A DNA stretch of 24,000 bases from Thermoplasmata archaeon (GTDB lineage: Archaea > Thermoplasmatota > Thermoplasmata > RBG-16-68-12 > JAFNFQ01). How positions within the stretch are numbered: position 1 is the stretch's first letter; every line of letters begins with the position of its first letter. Shown here in pieces: positions 15,870 through 23,714 of this stretch. The notes beneath the pieces were generated by a model. That model had not been told where the DNA came from. It saw only the letters and a list, made by a program, of their open reading frames with translations, and made no database searches. The position numbers were made by a program, and so were the translations under genes. Location: contig JBGPQV010000003.1 of the NCBI GenBank assembly GCA_041489255.1, positions 53,448 through 77,447 on the forward strand, in the 5' to 3' direction.

Positions 15870-16793
15870 CACCGCAGATCCCCTGGGCAGCTTGAATATC
15901 TTCCTTGGCAGCGGGCTCGTCTCGTGCACGCGGAAGCTGCCGAGGTTCGCCTCGAAGCTCTTGACGCCGTCGAGCGAGGTGCTCCCGCCGCCGAGGCTGT
16001 TCCACAGTAGGAACACCACATCGTCCAGTATCTCGTTCTTCACGGCGGTGCGCAGCTCCTCCGCGTTCCCGCCGCGGACGAAGACTATCGGCTCCAGGAT
16101 CATCTCCAGCTCTATCATGGCGGTTGAGCCGGTCTTCGTGATGACCAGGGAGTTCGATTCCGCCCCGCCCTGGAGCGCGGGCACCTCGATCGTGTTCGTG
16201 TCCTTCTTGACCCTGAGGCCATCGCCCCGCAGGTCCCTCTCGACGAGCGCGAGCATCTCCTGCTCCAGGTAGCCGGGCACGAAGTCGACTCTGGGCAGGG
16301 TCGTCTCCCGCCTCAGGCTGAAAGCGAGCGGGCAGCGGTAGGACTTCATCTCCTCCTTGTAGGATATCGATTCGACGATCTCCGGCTTCACCGGTTGCGC
16401 GCCGTCCCTGAGCACGAAGAACTCCGTGTCCGTCCCGTCCGTCACCACGCTCAGGTAGTTCTCGTGGCGGGAGGCTCTGGACTTGAGGGTGCTGTCGTCA
16501 GTCGCGCTGTGGAACACCGCGTGATCTGTCTCGTCCCTGAAGGGATGGCTGTGGAAGATGCCGACGATGCCCACGTTCCTGGGGTACTGCATCGCCAGCT
16601 CGACCTCCTCCCTCGCGTCCGCATGCGCGCCGTATCTGCTCTGCGACTTGTACCTGGTGCAGGGGACCGAGTCGCAGACCCAGACCTCGCTCCTCCCGAA
16701 GAAGCCGAGGAGCCAGCCGATCGTCTCGACGCCTCTCGACCGCGCGACCTCGTTCACGTGGATGTTGATCTTTCGCAGCGCGCTCCGCTGCAT
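15852..16793 (-). CDS. JAMM/MPN+ metallopeptidase with an uncharacterised C-terminal domain (313 aa from ATG 16793)
   Basis: JAMM signature: the Glu in VETIGWLLGF, then GIFHSHPFRDETDHAVFHSATD (H-x-H...S-x-x-D, codons approx 16497..16553). ATG at 16791..16793 lies 14 nt after the E1 stop. A GTG overlapping the E1 stop (GTGA) is an alternative start. The last ~200 aa match no family I recognise. Confidence 0.8.
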   Translation of the reverse strand: MQRSALRKINIHVNEVARSRGVETIGWLLGFFGRSEVWVCDSVPCTRYKSQSRYGAHADAREEVELAMQYPRNVGIVGIFHSHPFRDETDHAVFHSATDDSTLKSRASRHENYLSVVTDGTDTEFFVLRDGAQPVKPEIVESISYKEEMKSYRCPLAFSLRRETTLPRVDFVPGYLEQEMLALVERDLRGDGLRVKKDTNTIEVPALQGGAESNSLVITKTGSTAMIELEMILEPIVFVRGGNAEELRTAVKNEILDDVVFLLWNSLGGGSTSLDGVKSFEANLGSFRVHETSPLPRKIFKLPRGSAVLVREG

Positions 16794-16807
16794 GCGCACG
16801 CTGACCG

Positions 16808-17563
16808 TCACTTCGCACCACCGCAGACCGGGCACTTGGGGTCCCGCTTCCAGTTGTACCTCTGCATCTTCCCCTCCAGGCCATAATAGAGGATGTAAGG
16901 CGCGACTTTGCCGAAGCCAAGGAGGTACTTCAGCGCTTCCTGACACTGCAGGCTCGCGATGATGCCCATGGTTGTGGGAAGCGAAGTGAAGTGGCATGCG
17001 CCGTCTCCGGATTTCTTCAGGTCCGTTGTGCTGTCATCCTTCAAGGCGGGTTTGTTGCAGCGGTAACAGGGCGTCTTGCCGGGGATGATCGAATGCACGG
17101 AGCCGTTGATTCCGTCAAGGGAGGCTCCGCCGTCGATGAGGGGGACCTTCAGCCTCACGCACAGGGAATTAAGGAACAAGCGGACGTGGAACGAGTCGAC
17201 GCATCCGAGGACGAGGTCGGACTCCCTCGCCTCCTTCAGGAGGGCGTCGTAACCCTTGCCGTCGGTGACGTCGTTGGGATAGGTGAGAAGCTCAACGTCG
17301 GAGTTCGCCGCGAGGAGGTACTCCCTGAGCGCGTCCACCTTGAACATGCCTACCTGGTGAGTCCTGTAGATCAGCCTGTTCAGGTTCGCTTCCTCGAGCT
17401 TGTCGAAGTCGAATATCGTCAGGCGCCCGATGCCGCAGCGCGTCATGATCTCCGCGCAGGTCGCGCCGAGGCCGCCGACGCCGACGACGGTCACCTTCTT
17501 CTCCTTCAGCTTCGAGAAGTCCGCGAACGGGAAGATCTTGAGGCGGGCGTATCGCTCAGTCAA
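16808..17563 (-). CDS. UBA5-like E1 (ThiF/MoeB-type adenylation domain, 251 aa)
   Basis: VTVVGVGGLGATCAEIMTRCGIGRLTIFDFDKLEEANLNRL compares with human UBA5 [41 protein letters not shown] (recalled from memory). GACHFTSLPTTMGIIA compares with GVCAASLPTTMGVVA, placing the catalytic Cys candidate at Cys190 (codon 16994..16996). Zn-site pairs are CYRC and CPVC. The start is TTG at 17561..17563, preceded by GAGGGGGAAGGG. Confidence 0.9.
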   Translation of the reverse strand: MTERYARLKIFPFADFSKLKEKKVTVVGVGGLGATCAEIMTRCGIGRLTIFDFDKLEEANLNRLIYRTHQVGMFKVDALREYLLAANSDVELLTYPNDVTDGKGYDALLKEARESDLVLGCVDSFHVRLFLNSLCVRLKVPLIDGGASLDGINGSVHSIIPGKTPCYRCNKPALKDDSTTDLKKSGDGACHFTSLPTTMGIIASLQCQEALKYLLGFGKVAPYILYYGLEGKMQRYNWKRDPKCPVCGGAK

Positions 17564-18026
17564 GCCATCCCTTCCCCCTCATGTCCTTGACCACGCTCTG
17601 CACCCAGTAAGAGACTTCCCTCTTCAGGTAGAGCGCGATGCTGCAGTAGTCGTCCCACCAGTAGTTCTGTTCCATGTGCATGTCGCAGAGCCTCAGCCCG
17701 AGCACGCCATCGTCCACCTTGCGGTCGGTGTAGTTCATCAGCTCGGGAATGCGGCAGGCGGGAGGCGTCTGCGGGTAGGCGTCCTTCAGGACGAGCTCTA
17801 TGTCCCAGGAGTGCGGGCCGTCGAAGACCGTGCCGGTCCAACTAGTCGCCTTGTCCCCCGTCGGGCTGAGGCTGAACCATTTCCCGCCTTCTAGAAACCT
17901 CAGGTACTCCTCGAACCTCCTGAGGGCGTACCTCTCCTCCTTCGCCCTCACGCGCCAGGTTTCGTCCCGCGGCGAAGCTACGGTCGCGCACTGGAGGAAG
18001 TAGAAGAGGTCGTCTTCCTTGGCCAT
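17556..18026 (-). CDS. UFC1-like E2 (UBC fold, 156 aa)
   Basis: Four blocks are colinear with human UFC1 (recalled from memory). SPRDETWRVRAKEERYAL matches GPRDRELWVQRLKEEYQSL. WFSLSPTGDKATSWTG matches WFRLESNKEGTRWFG. WDIELVLKDAYPQTPPACRIPEL matches [29 protein letters not shown] matches KICLTDH, giving a Cys114 candidate (codon 17685..17687). There is no HPN tripeptide before the Cys, as in UFC1. ATG at 18024..18026. Confidence 0.85.
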   Translation of the reverse strand: MAKEDDLFYFLQCATVASPRDETWRVRAKEERYALRRFEEYLRFLEGGKWFSLSPTGDKATSWTGTVFDGPHSWDIELVLKDAYPQTPPACRIPELMNYTDRKVDDGVLGLRLCDMHMEQNYWWDDYCSIALYLKREVSYWVQSVVKDMRGKGWLD

Positions 18027-18029
18027 GCC

Positions 18030-18275
18030 TCACCCGACGATCGAGGGGTCTATCACGTGGATGTTGGTGCTCCTCTCCGCGATCTCCTTCACCGTGCCGC
18101 CTGGGATCGGCGAGCCGCCGGGGAAGGTCGCGCTGAGCACCGTCGCGTCCTTGTTCTGCCTCTTCGCGGCTAGGACGAAGGCTTCCTGGAAGAGCATGTC
18201 GTCGGGGACCTTGAGGGTGACCACGGGCTTCTCGGCTTCACTTATGAAGATAAAACGCAGGACGACTTGGGGCAT
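18030..18275 (-). CDS. UFM1-like ubiquitin-fold modifier ending in Val-Gly (81 aa)
   Basis: VVTLKVPDDMLFQEAFVLAAKRQNKDATVLSATFPGGSPIPGGTVKEIAERSTNIHVIDPSIVG-stop is colinear with human UFM1 [65 protein letters not shown] (recalled from memory). ATG at 18273..18275 is preceded by AGGTG. Only 3 nt separate its stop from the E2 ATG. Confidence 0.8.
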   Translation of the reverse strand: MPQVVLRFIFISEAEKPVVTLKVPDDMLFQEAFVLAAKRQNKDATVLSATFPGGSPIPGGTVKEIAERSTNIHVIDPSIVG

Positions 18276-18305
18276 GAGGCACCTGGGTTTGCCATGCTGG
18301 GCGCG

Positions 18306-18313
18306 ATATTAAG
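18306..18313 (-). promoter_or_regulatory. TATA-like box candidate (CTTAATAT) for the Ubl-E2-E1-JAMM operon
   Basis: It lies in the 56-nt gap between the upstream surface-protein gene stop (18332) and the Ubl ATG (18275), 31-38 nt upstream of the ATG. Motif resemblance is the only evidence. Confidence 0.3.
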
Positions 18314-18331
18314 GGTTTGTGGTGAGGCGTC

Positions 18332-21076
18332 TCATTGCGGTCCGGTTGGCGGCGGGCGGGGAGGCTGTGTCTTGGATTGTCCCTGATTCGCGTTTTCTTT
18401 TCGGCGACGTTTCATTGTGACGAGGGCCAGAATGACGATAATGACGGCGACAATGGTGGTGGCGAGGAGCCACCAATACTGAATGATGATTTCGAAGAGT
18501 GATGCACTGATCGTGAAGGGGTTGCTTTGCGCCCAACCCTTCATCCCTCCCGTATCTATCACAGTGATGTTCATGACTACATCGTCCGCCTCGATATCCG
18601 GGAGAGTCCATTGGTAATTCTCCTGTCCTTTGAGGGCTTGCGCAACAGAATATGTGATTCCTCCCGTCGAGTAGTTCAGATACACGATGAGGTTTGCATC
18701 TGCATCTTCGTTGTCCTGCATGGACCATGAGATAGTGTGGTCGGAGCCTTTCTCCCAATGCTCGCCACCGGTCGGCGAGGTCATAGTGACAGACGGGGAA
18801 GCGTTCGGCGTGAAGTTCAGCTTGACGACAAACACATCATACGCCGCGTCCAGTGTATCCTTGAAAGCGTGCGGTGTAACAGGGAAGTCCGCCGATCCTG
18901 TGCAACCCGCCACATAGGCGTTGCCCTCAAGGTCCAGGGCGATTGATTCGGGGCGATCGTAGTCGTTGCCGCCCAGATATGTTCCGTAGATGAGAGCGTC
19001 CCCACTTGTGTTGAGTTTCGCGACGAATCCATCCTCGGATGTGTGGGGATTTGTGTCCAATGCACCTGGGGTGACGGGGAAGTCCGGCGAGTTGGTGTAG
19101 CCTGCCACATAGGCATTTCCCGCTGAATCCAGAGCTATCGAAAACCCATATTCGTCTTGTTCGCCGCCAAGAAGAGTCGAGTAGACCAGCGAACTGCCCG
19201 TCTCTTCAAGCTTTAGGACGAACGCATTTGCGCGTGAATTGTGAACTGACTCCTGGAAAGCGCCCGCGGTGACGGGGAAATCATACGAACCCGAGTGGCC
19301 TGTTATATAGACACTCCCGAAGGGGTCCACGGCGATGGATCTGCCTTCATCCCAATCATCGCCGCCGATGTAGGTTCCGAAAACCAAAGGACCTCCTATT
19401 GTGTCGAGCTTCACGACGAACGCGTCCTGCTCGCCACCCCAGGTTTCGTCGAAAGATCCTGATGTAACGGGGAAGTCGGGCGAATTCGCTGCACCGGTCA
19501 CAAAGGCATTTCCGGCAGAGTCGACTGCAATCGAATGAGCCCATTCGAATTCGCCACTGCCGCCGAAATAGGTTGCATAGAGCAGAGAGTCGCACGTCGG
19601 GTCCAGTTTCGCGACAAAGAGGTCATCCGCCCCATTCATGGCGATGTCGTATGCATTTGATGTGACGGGGAAGTCGCTAGAATTCGTCCATCCGGCTACA
19701 TAGGCATTTCCAGAGGAGTCAACTGCAACAGAGACGCCGTATTCAGCACCGCCACCGCCAAGAAAAGTCGAATAGAAAAGTGTATCTCCTGTCGGACCGA
19801 GCTTGGCTAGGAATGCGTCAGACGTTCCATTTAGAGTCGTGTCGAAAATGCCCGAGGTCACTGGGAAATCCGAGGATTCTGTCCGGCCGGTCAGGTAGGC
19901 ATATCCAGCGGAGTCCAAGGTTATAGAGCCGCTTGACTCTCCAGAGCTGCCCCCCAGATAAGTTCCATAGACGAGGGAGCCCCCGTCTGAGCTTAGCTTC
20001 ACCACGAGTATATCCCTAGAACCGTCGAACGTAGTGTCGAATGCGCCGGGGGTAACAGGGAAGTCCGGAAAAGTAGTTTCAAGCGCTACGTACGCGTGTC
20101 CGGTCGAGTCCACGGCAATGGCATCACGGATGGTCAGCATAGGAGTGCCACCGAGAAACGTCGCGTACACCAAAGGATCTATTATCAGAGGGGCGAAATC
20201 ATCGATGCCAGCACAGCCCAAGCCATAAGATTCACCCGTATGGAGTGTAAAAAAGCAGTCCACTGGTCTACCCTGTTGATATGCGATGGGGGCCGTGTCT
20301 CTGATGTCCCCTACGGCGGTGTGGATTAGGATATCACCCTTCGAATCTGACGAAAGGCCGAGTATTCCCTCATAGGACATGACGATGGTCCCCGGGTTTT
20401 TTCCGGGATCGAGTGCAAGATCGTATTTCACGCCATTTTCTGTCATGCGATAGATCAGATCAATGCCGTCGTACAGATCATCGTAGGCTATCTCTCGGAA
20501 ACTCTTCACGTTTTGTCGCCACTTGGCCGGATCGCTTCCGATGAAGAAGTTGCTCATGAAAGACAATGGTTCGCGGCCTTTCGGCACGACCGTGTTCGCG
20601 CCCCCGAAGCTCAGGCGGACAAGTGCACCCTGAGGGGCGGCTTCTTGAGAAGAAGAGCGCAAGGAGAATTCCTCTATAGAAGGCTCAATGGCGGGCGTAG
20701 GCTCCCTCTCGACCATCTTGATCAGGACTGAACTCTCCCCGAAGCCCATCTGGACGTCACCAAGGTCCGTGTAAAAGAGTACGTCCCGATTGTCGAGCTG
20801 CCCTGCATTCTCCACAAAATAACCGGCGGGCAATGATGTCATCGTCCCCTTTAGCCCTGCCTGGATTTGAGCACCTGAATTGTTCATTCCTCCAGTGTCT
20901 CGCGACGTTGCAGGCAACAGGCTGGCAAGCAACATCGCGCAGCAGAAGACTACGCCAAATCGCAAGCATTCCCGACTTGGTCTCTCCGTGGAACCACCAG
21001 ACGGTCGATGTAGCAGGCGACTGATAAACATTCGGGACGGAACGATGCGCCTGATTGCCCGGTCCAGAAGATTCAC
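18332..21076 (-). CDS. Cell-surface seven-repeat SBBP beta-propeller protein with C-terminal membrane anchor
   Basis: There are seven repeats of the form D-S-x-G-N-A-Y-V-x-G-x-T-x-S-x-D-F-P-V-T-x-G-A-F-D (for example DSSGNAYVAGWTNSSDFPVTSNAYD). The N-terminus has a hydrophobic segment, FGVVFCCAMLLASLLPA. The C-terminus has a TM helix, WWLLATTIVAVIIVILALV, followed by KRRRK. The longest-ORF start at 21076 is GTG, and ATG 21031 is an alternative. Confidence 0.8.
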   Translation of the reverse strand: MNLLDRAIRRIVPSRMFISRLLHRPSGGSTERPSRECLRFGVVFCCAMLLASLLPATSRDTGGMNNSGAQIQAGLKGTMTSLPAGYFVENAGQLDNRDVLFYTDLGDVQMGFGESSVLIKMVEREPTPAIEPSIEEFSLRSSSQEAAPQGALVRLSFGGANTVVPKGREPLSFMSNFFIGSDPAKWRQNVKSFREIAYDDLYDGIDLIYRMTENGVKYDLALDPGKNPGTIVMSYEGILGLSSDSKGDILIHTAVGDIRDTAPIAYQQGRPVDCFFTLHTGESYGLGCAGIDDFAPLIIDPLVYATFLGGTPMLTIRDAIAVDSTGHAYVALETTFPDFPVTPGAFDTTFDGSRDILVVKLSSDGGSLVYGTYLGGSSGESSGSITLDSAGYAYLTGRTESSDFPVTSGIFDTTLNGTSDAFLAKLGPTGDTLFYSTFLGGGGAEYGVSVAVDSSGNAYVAGWTNSSDFPVTSNAYDIAMNGADDLFVAKLDPTCDSLLYATYFGGSGEFEWAHSIAVDSAGNAFVTGAANSPDFPVTSGSFDETWGGEQDAFVVKLDTIGGPLVFGTYIGGDDWDEGRSIAVDPFGSVYITGHSGSYDFPVTAGAFQESVHNSRANAFVLKLEETGSSLVYSTLLGGEQDEYGFSIALDSAGNAYVAGYTNSPDFPVTPGALDTNPHTSEDGFVAKLNTSGDALIYGTYLGGNDYDRPESIALDLEGNAYVAGCTGSADFPVTPHAFKDTLDAAYDVFVVKLNFTPNASPSVTMTSPTGGEHWEKGSDHTISWSMQDNEDADANLIVYLNYSTGGITYSVAQALKGQENYQWTLPDIEADDVVMNITVIDTGGMKGWAQSNPFTISASLFEIIIQYWWLLATTIVAVIIVILALVTMKRRRKENANQGQSKTQPPRPPPTGPQ

Positions 21077-21170
21077 TCGGGTTATTGTTGATGGCGACGT
21101 TCATCTGGGAATGCGAAGGCATATGTCCGACTATCGACATTCGAATTCAATCATTTGGAGGCAGTCGAAC

Positions 21171-23090
21171 ATGGCATTAACCAATTCGCCGCGAATCGAG
21201 TCGCTGTTATCCGCCCGCTTGTTCATGGACCCCCAGGTCGTCGGGAACCGCATCTTCTTCATCAGCAATATGAGCGGCCAGATGAGCCTCTACGCGATGG
21301 ACCGTGGCGGGAGCGTCCCCGAGCCGCTCATCCCGCCGGACATCGCCATGCAGAACCCGATGCTCATCGGCGGCTACTCCTATTGCGTGCTCCCCAAGCT
21401 CGGCAAGATAGTCCTCATGCTCGATCGGCATGGAGACGAGAACTACCAGCCAGTGGTCGTCCCCATCGATGGCGGCTATCCGGAACCGATCTTCAGCAAT
21501 GAGCTTGCGGATAAGCGCGTTCACATGGACGCGCCGGACATGAAACGGAACATCGTTTACTTCCCGACGGAGTCACGCAAGGAGCAGATGATCTACACCT
21601 ACCAGGCAGACCTCAGGAGGATGAAGTTGCGGCTCATGGGGAAGGGCACTTGGGGGCCATGGCTTGACACCGCAAACGAGACGCACGACAGAGCCGTCCT
21701 CATCGACGGGTACACGGCGGCGGATAACGTGCTCTACCTGTGGGAGAAGGGGGCGAAAGAGCGCAGGCTGCTGTACGGCAAGCCGATCGAGGAACGAAAG
21801 GAGGGTGAGATTGTCCCCTTGAACGGCATCAGCAATAGTCAGTTCATAGAGGACGACCGAGGCCTCATCTTCATCACGTATCTGTTCGACGACGCTGGCG
21901 GGCTCGGGTACATCGACCTTGCGAAACCCGAGAAGATAACGCCCGTGGCGGTGAAAGGGACTGTCCACGAAGGGAGAGGAATGCTCGAGTCTCTGCATCA
22001 TCTCGAAGAGGACCGGTATTCGCTGTGCTACAACATCGACGGGTGCTCATGGCTATATGAAGGGACGTACCACACCGCCGCCAAGGAGATGAGGATTGAA
22101 GCTACCGTGTGCGGCACCGTAGGACTATCCAGCGGGATGCTGCAGTCTCACCGTTATGATAAGGCAAGGAAGCGTTGGGCTCTCACATACTCTACCGCCA
22201 CATCGCCGGCTCAGATCTACACGGTCGAGGGGAAGGAACGCAAGGTGACGAGGCAGACGAACGAGCGAGTCCTCGCAATCCCGCCGGAACTGCTCTCACC
22301 GGGCGAGGATGCGTCGTATGAGTCGTTCGACGGCACTCGCGTTTCTGCACGTCTCTACCATCCCCCCGCCTCGCTCGGTTTCGAGGGAATGCGGCCGCTC
22401 GTCTACTACGTACATGGAGGGCCGCAGAGCCAGGAGAGGCCTGACTTCGCTTGGTTCTCAATGCCCCTGATACAGTTCCTCGCAATGAACGGGTTCGCCA
22501 TATTCGTGCCCAATGTCAGGGGGAGCTCGGGGTACGGGCTGAACTACATGAAGCAGGTGGACAAGGACTGGGGCGGGAAGGACAGGCTGGACCACGTGCA
22601 CGCGATGACGAAGGTGCTGCCCAAGGACAGGAGGCTGGACGTGTCGAGGGCGGCGGTGGTCGGCCGCTCATATGGCGGCTACATGACGCTGACTTTGGCA
22701 GCGAGGCACCCGGACCTCTGGGCAGCGGCCTGCGACATGTTCGGTCCGTACGACCTGATCAAGTTCTACGACAGGATTCCGGAGACATGGAAACCCACTT
22801 TCGCTCTGACGATGGGGGATCCGGTGAAGGACCGCGATTTCTTCATCGAGCGGTCTCCGAAGACATACATCGAGAACGTCTCGTGCCCCCTTCTCGTCAT
22901 CCAGGGCAAGAACGACCCCAGGGTCGTGGAGAAGGAATCGATGGATCTAGTTGAACAGCTGCGTTCGAAGGGGAAGGATGTGGAGTTCCTTGTGTTCGAG
23001 GATGAGGGGCATGACGTCATCAAGTTCCCCAACAAGGTCAGGTGCTACAACACGATCAAGGAGTTCTTCACGAGTAGATTGAAGCCGTGA
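21171..23090 (+). CDS. S9-family (prolyl oligopeptidase / acylaminoacyl-peptidase type) serine peptidase, 639 aa
   Basis: ATG 21171 is preceded by GGAGG at 21157..21161. The N-terminal region looks like a beta-propeller. The C-terminal alpha/beta-hydrolase domain carries the nucleophile motif GRSYGGYM, Asp in QGKNDPRV and His in DEGHDV. Confidence 0.9.
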   Translation: MALTNSPRIESLLSARLFMDPQVVGNRIFFISNMSGQMSLYAMDRGGSVPEPLIPPDIAMQNPMLIGGYSYCVLPKLGKIVLMLDRHGDENYQPVVVPIDGGYPEPIFSNELADKRVHMDAPDMKRNIVYFPTESRKEQMIYTYQADLRRMKLRLMGKGTWGPWLDTANETHDRAVLIDGYTAADNVLYLWEKGAKERRLLYGKPIEERKEGEIVPLNGISNSQFIEDDRGLIFITYLFDDAGGLGYIDLAKPEKITPVAVKGTVHEGRGMLESLHHLEEDRYSLCYNIDGCSWLYEGTYHTAAKEMRIEATVCGTVGLSSGMLQSHRYDKARKRWALTYSTATSPAQIYTVEGKERKVTRQTNERVLAIPPELLSPGEDASYESFDGTRVSARLYHPPASLGFEGMRPLVYYVHGGPQSQERPDFAWFSMPLIQFLAMNGFAIFVPNVRGSSGYGLNYMKQVDKDWGGKDRLDHVHAMTKVLPKDRRLDVSRAAVVGRSYGGYMTLTLAARHPDLWAAACDMFGPYDLIKFYDRIPETWKPTFALTMGDPVKDRDFFIERSPKTYIENVSCPLLVIQGKNDPRVVEKESMDLVEQLRSKGKDVEFLVFEDEGHDVIKFPNKVRCYNTIKEFFTSRLKP

Positions 23091-23285
23091 GTGATCGTGG
23101 CCTGATCGCTGGCCAGACAGACCCGCTCTGAACCCCGCTGTGAACCGCCATCCTGACAAGGTTCTCTCGGCAGCGGATCGTCCATTGAGCCTACAGTTGA
23201 TCCGGCAAGAAGATACATCGGGTGGATGCCCATCTTCGAGGTTTATTGTCAGACTCTCCGGGCAGACCGGCCCAGCACGAATATG

Positions 23286-23322
23286 AAAAAATAAGGCCGT
23301 CCGCAATTATGGAGGACGGCCT
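23286..23322 (-). terminator. Hairpin plus T-tract terminator for the small membrane protein gene
   Basis: A 9-bp stem (23294..23302 aggccgtcc pairing with 23314..23322 ggacggcct) encloses an 11-nt loop. On the minus strand it is followed by T6 (the A-run at 23286..23291). It lies about 60 nt downstream of the stop at 23380. Confidence 0.55.
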
Positions 23323-23379
23323 CGTTGTGGAGGGATGCTTGTGCGATTATATCGCGAACCTGCTGAAGTAGATTGCGGT

Positions 23380-23598
23380 TCATTCTTGGGACTTCTCAAC
23401 GTCAGTTTGACGTTTCCAGACTGACCTGATGACAGACACGAGGAGGCCCGCTGCAAGCATGGTGCAGTCCACGCCCGTGCCCCAACCGATCAGAGGCGGG
23501 ATCCTGAGAGGCTCGAACGAGAGGGAGAGGATGCCCGTGGCGGCCTCTATAAGAACGAAGGGTAATGCCGTGAGAACGAAGGACTTCATCACCGCCAT
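23380..23598 (-). CDS. Small two-helix membrane protein (72 aa), hypothetical
   Basis: ATG at 23596..23598. Two hydrophobic helices are present (FVLTALPFVLIEAATGILSL and VDCTMLAAGLLVSVI). A terminator-like hairpin lies downstream. I recognise no family. Confidence 0.5.
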   Translation of the reverse strand: MAVMKSFVLTALPFVLIEAATGILSLSFEPLRIPPLIGWGTGVDCTMLAAGLLVSVIRSVWKRQTDVEKSQE

Positions 23599-23714
23599 CT
23601 TGTCATTCCCGCCCGTTTGCGTGTTCTTTCACTGACATTCCTATGATGGTGCTTTCCTTGCTCGCACGGCCATCCAGCCTCCCGGTCTCCGGTGTGGCGG
23701 TTACTGAGGCATTT

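Noticed and set aside
16794-16997. Longer 381-aa version of the JAMM ORF starting at ATG 16997.
   Set aside because: The extra 68 codons overlap, in another frame, the conserved C-terminal part of the UBA5-like E1 (SLPTTMG, CPVC). The extension has no JAMM-related sequence. ATG 16793 lies just after the E1 stop.
15805-17894. Plus-strand and off-frame ORFs across the JAMM, E1 and E2 genes (15805..16272, 16395..16886, 16558..16962, 16991..17590, 17400..17894, 16498..16920).
   Set aside because: They are antisense or off-frame to genes with strong family signatures. Their sequences are low-complexity and Arg/Pro/Ala-rich.
20880-21170. Upstream extension of the peptidase ORF (track start 20880, 736 aa).
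   Set aside because: It overlaps the 5' end of the divergent SBBP gene and has an Arg-rich composition typical of an off-frame reading. ATG 21171 has a well-spaced GGAGG.
22947-23306. Minus-strand ORFs (119 aa and 62 aa) overlapping the 3' end of the peptidase gene and the downstream spacer.
   Set aside because: They overlap a strongly supported CDS, extend through the terminator hairpin and show no family resemblance.
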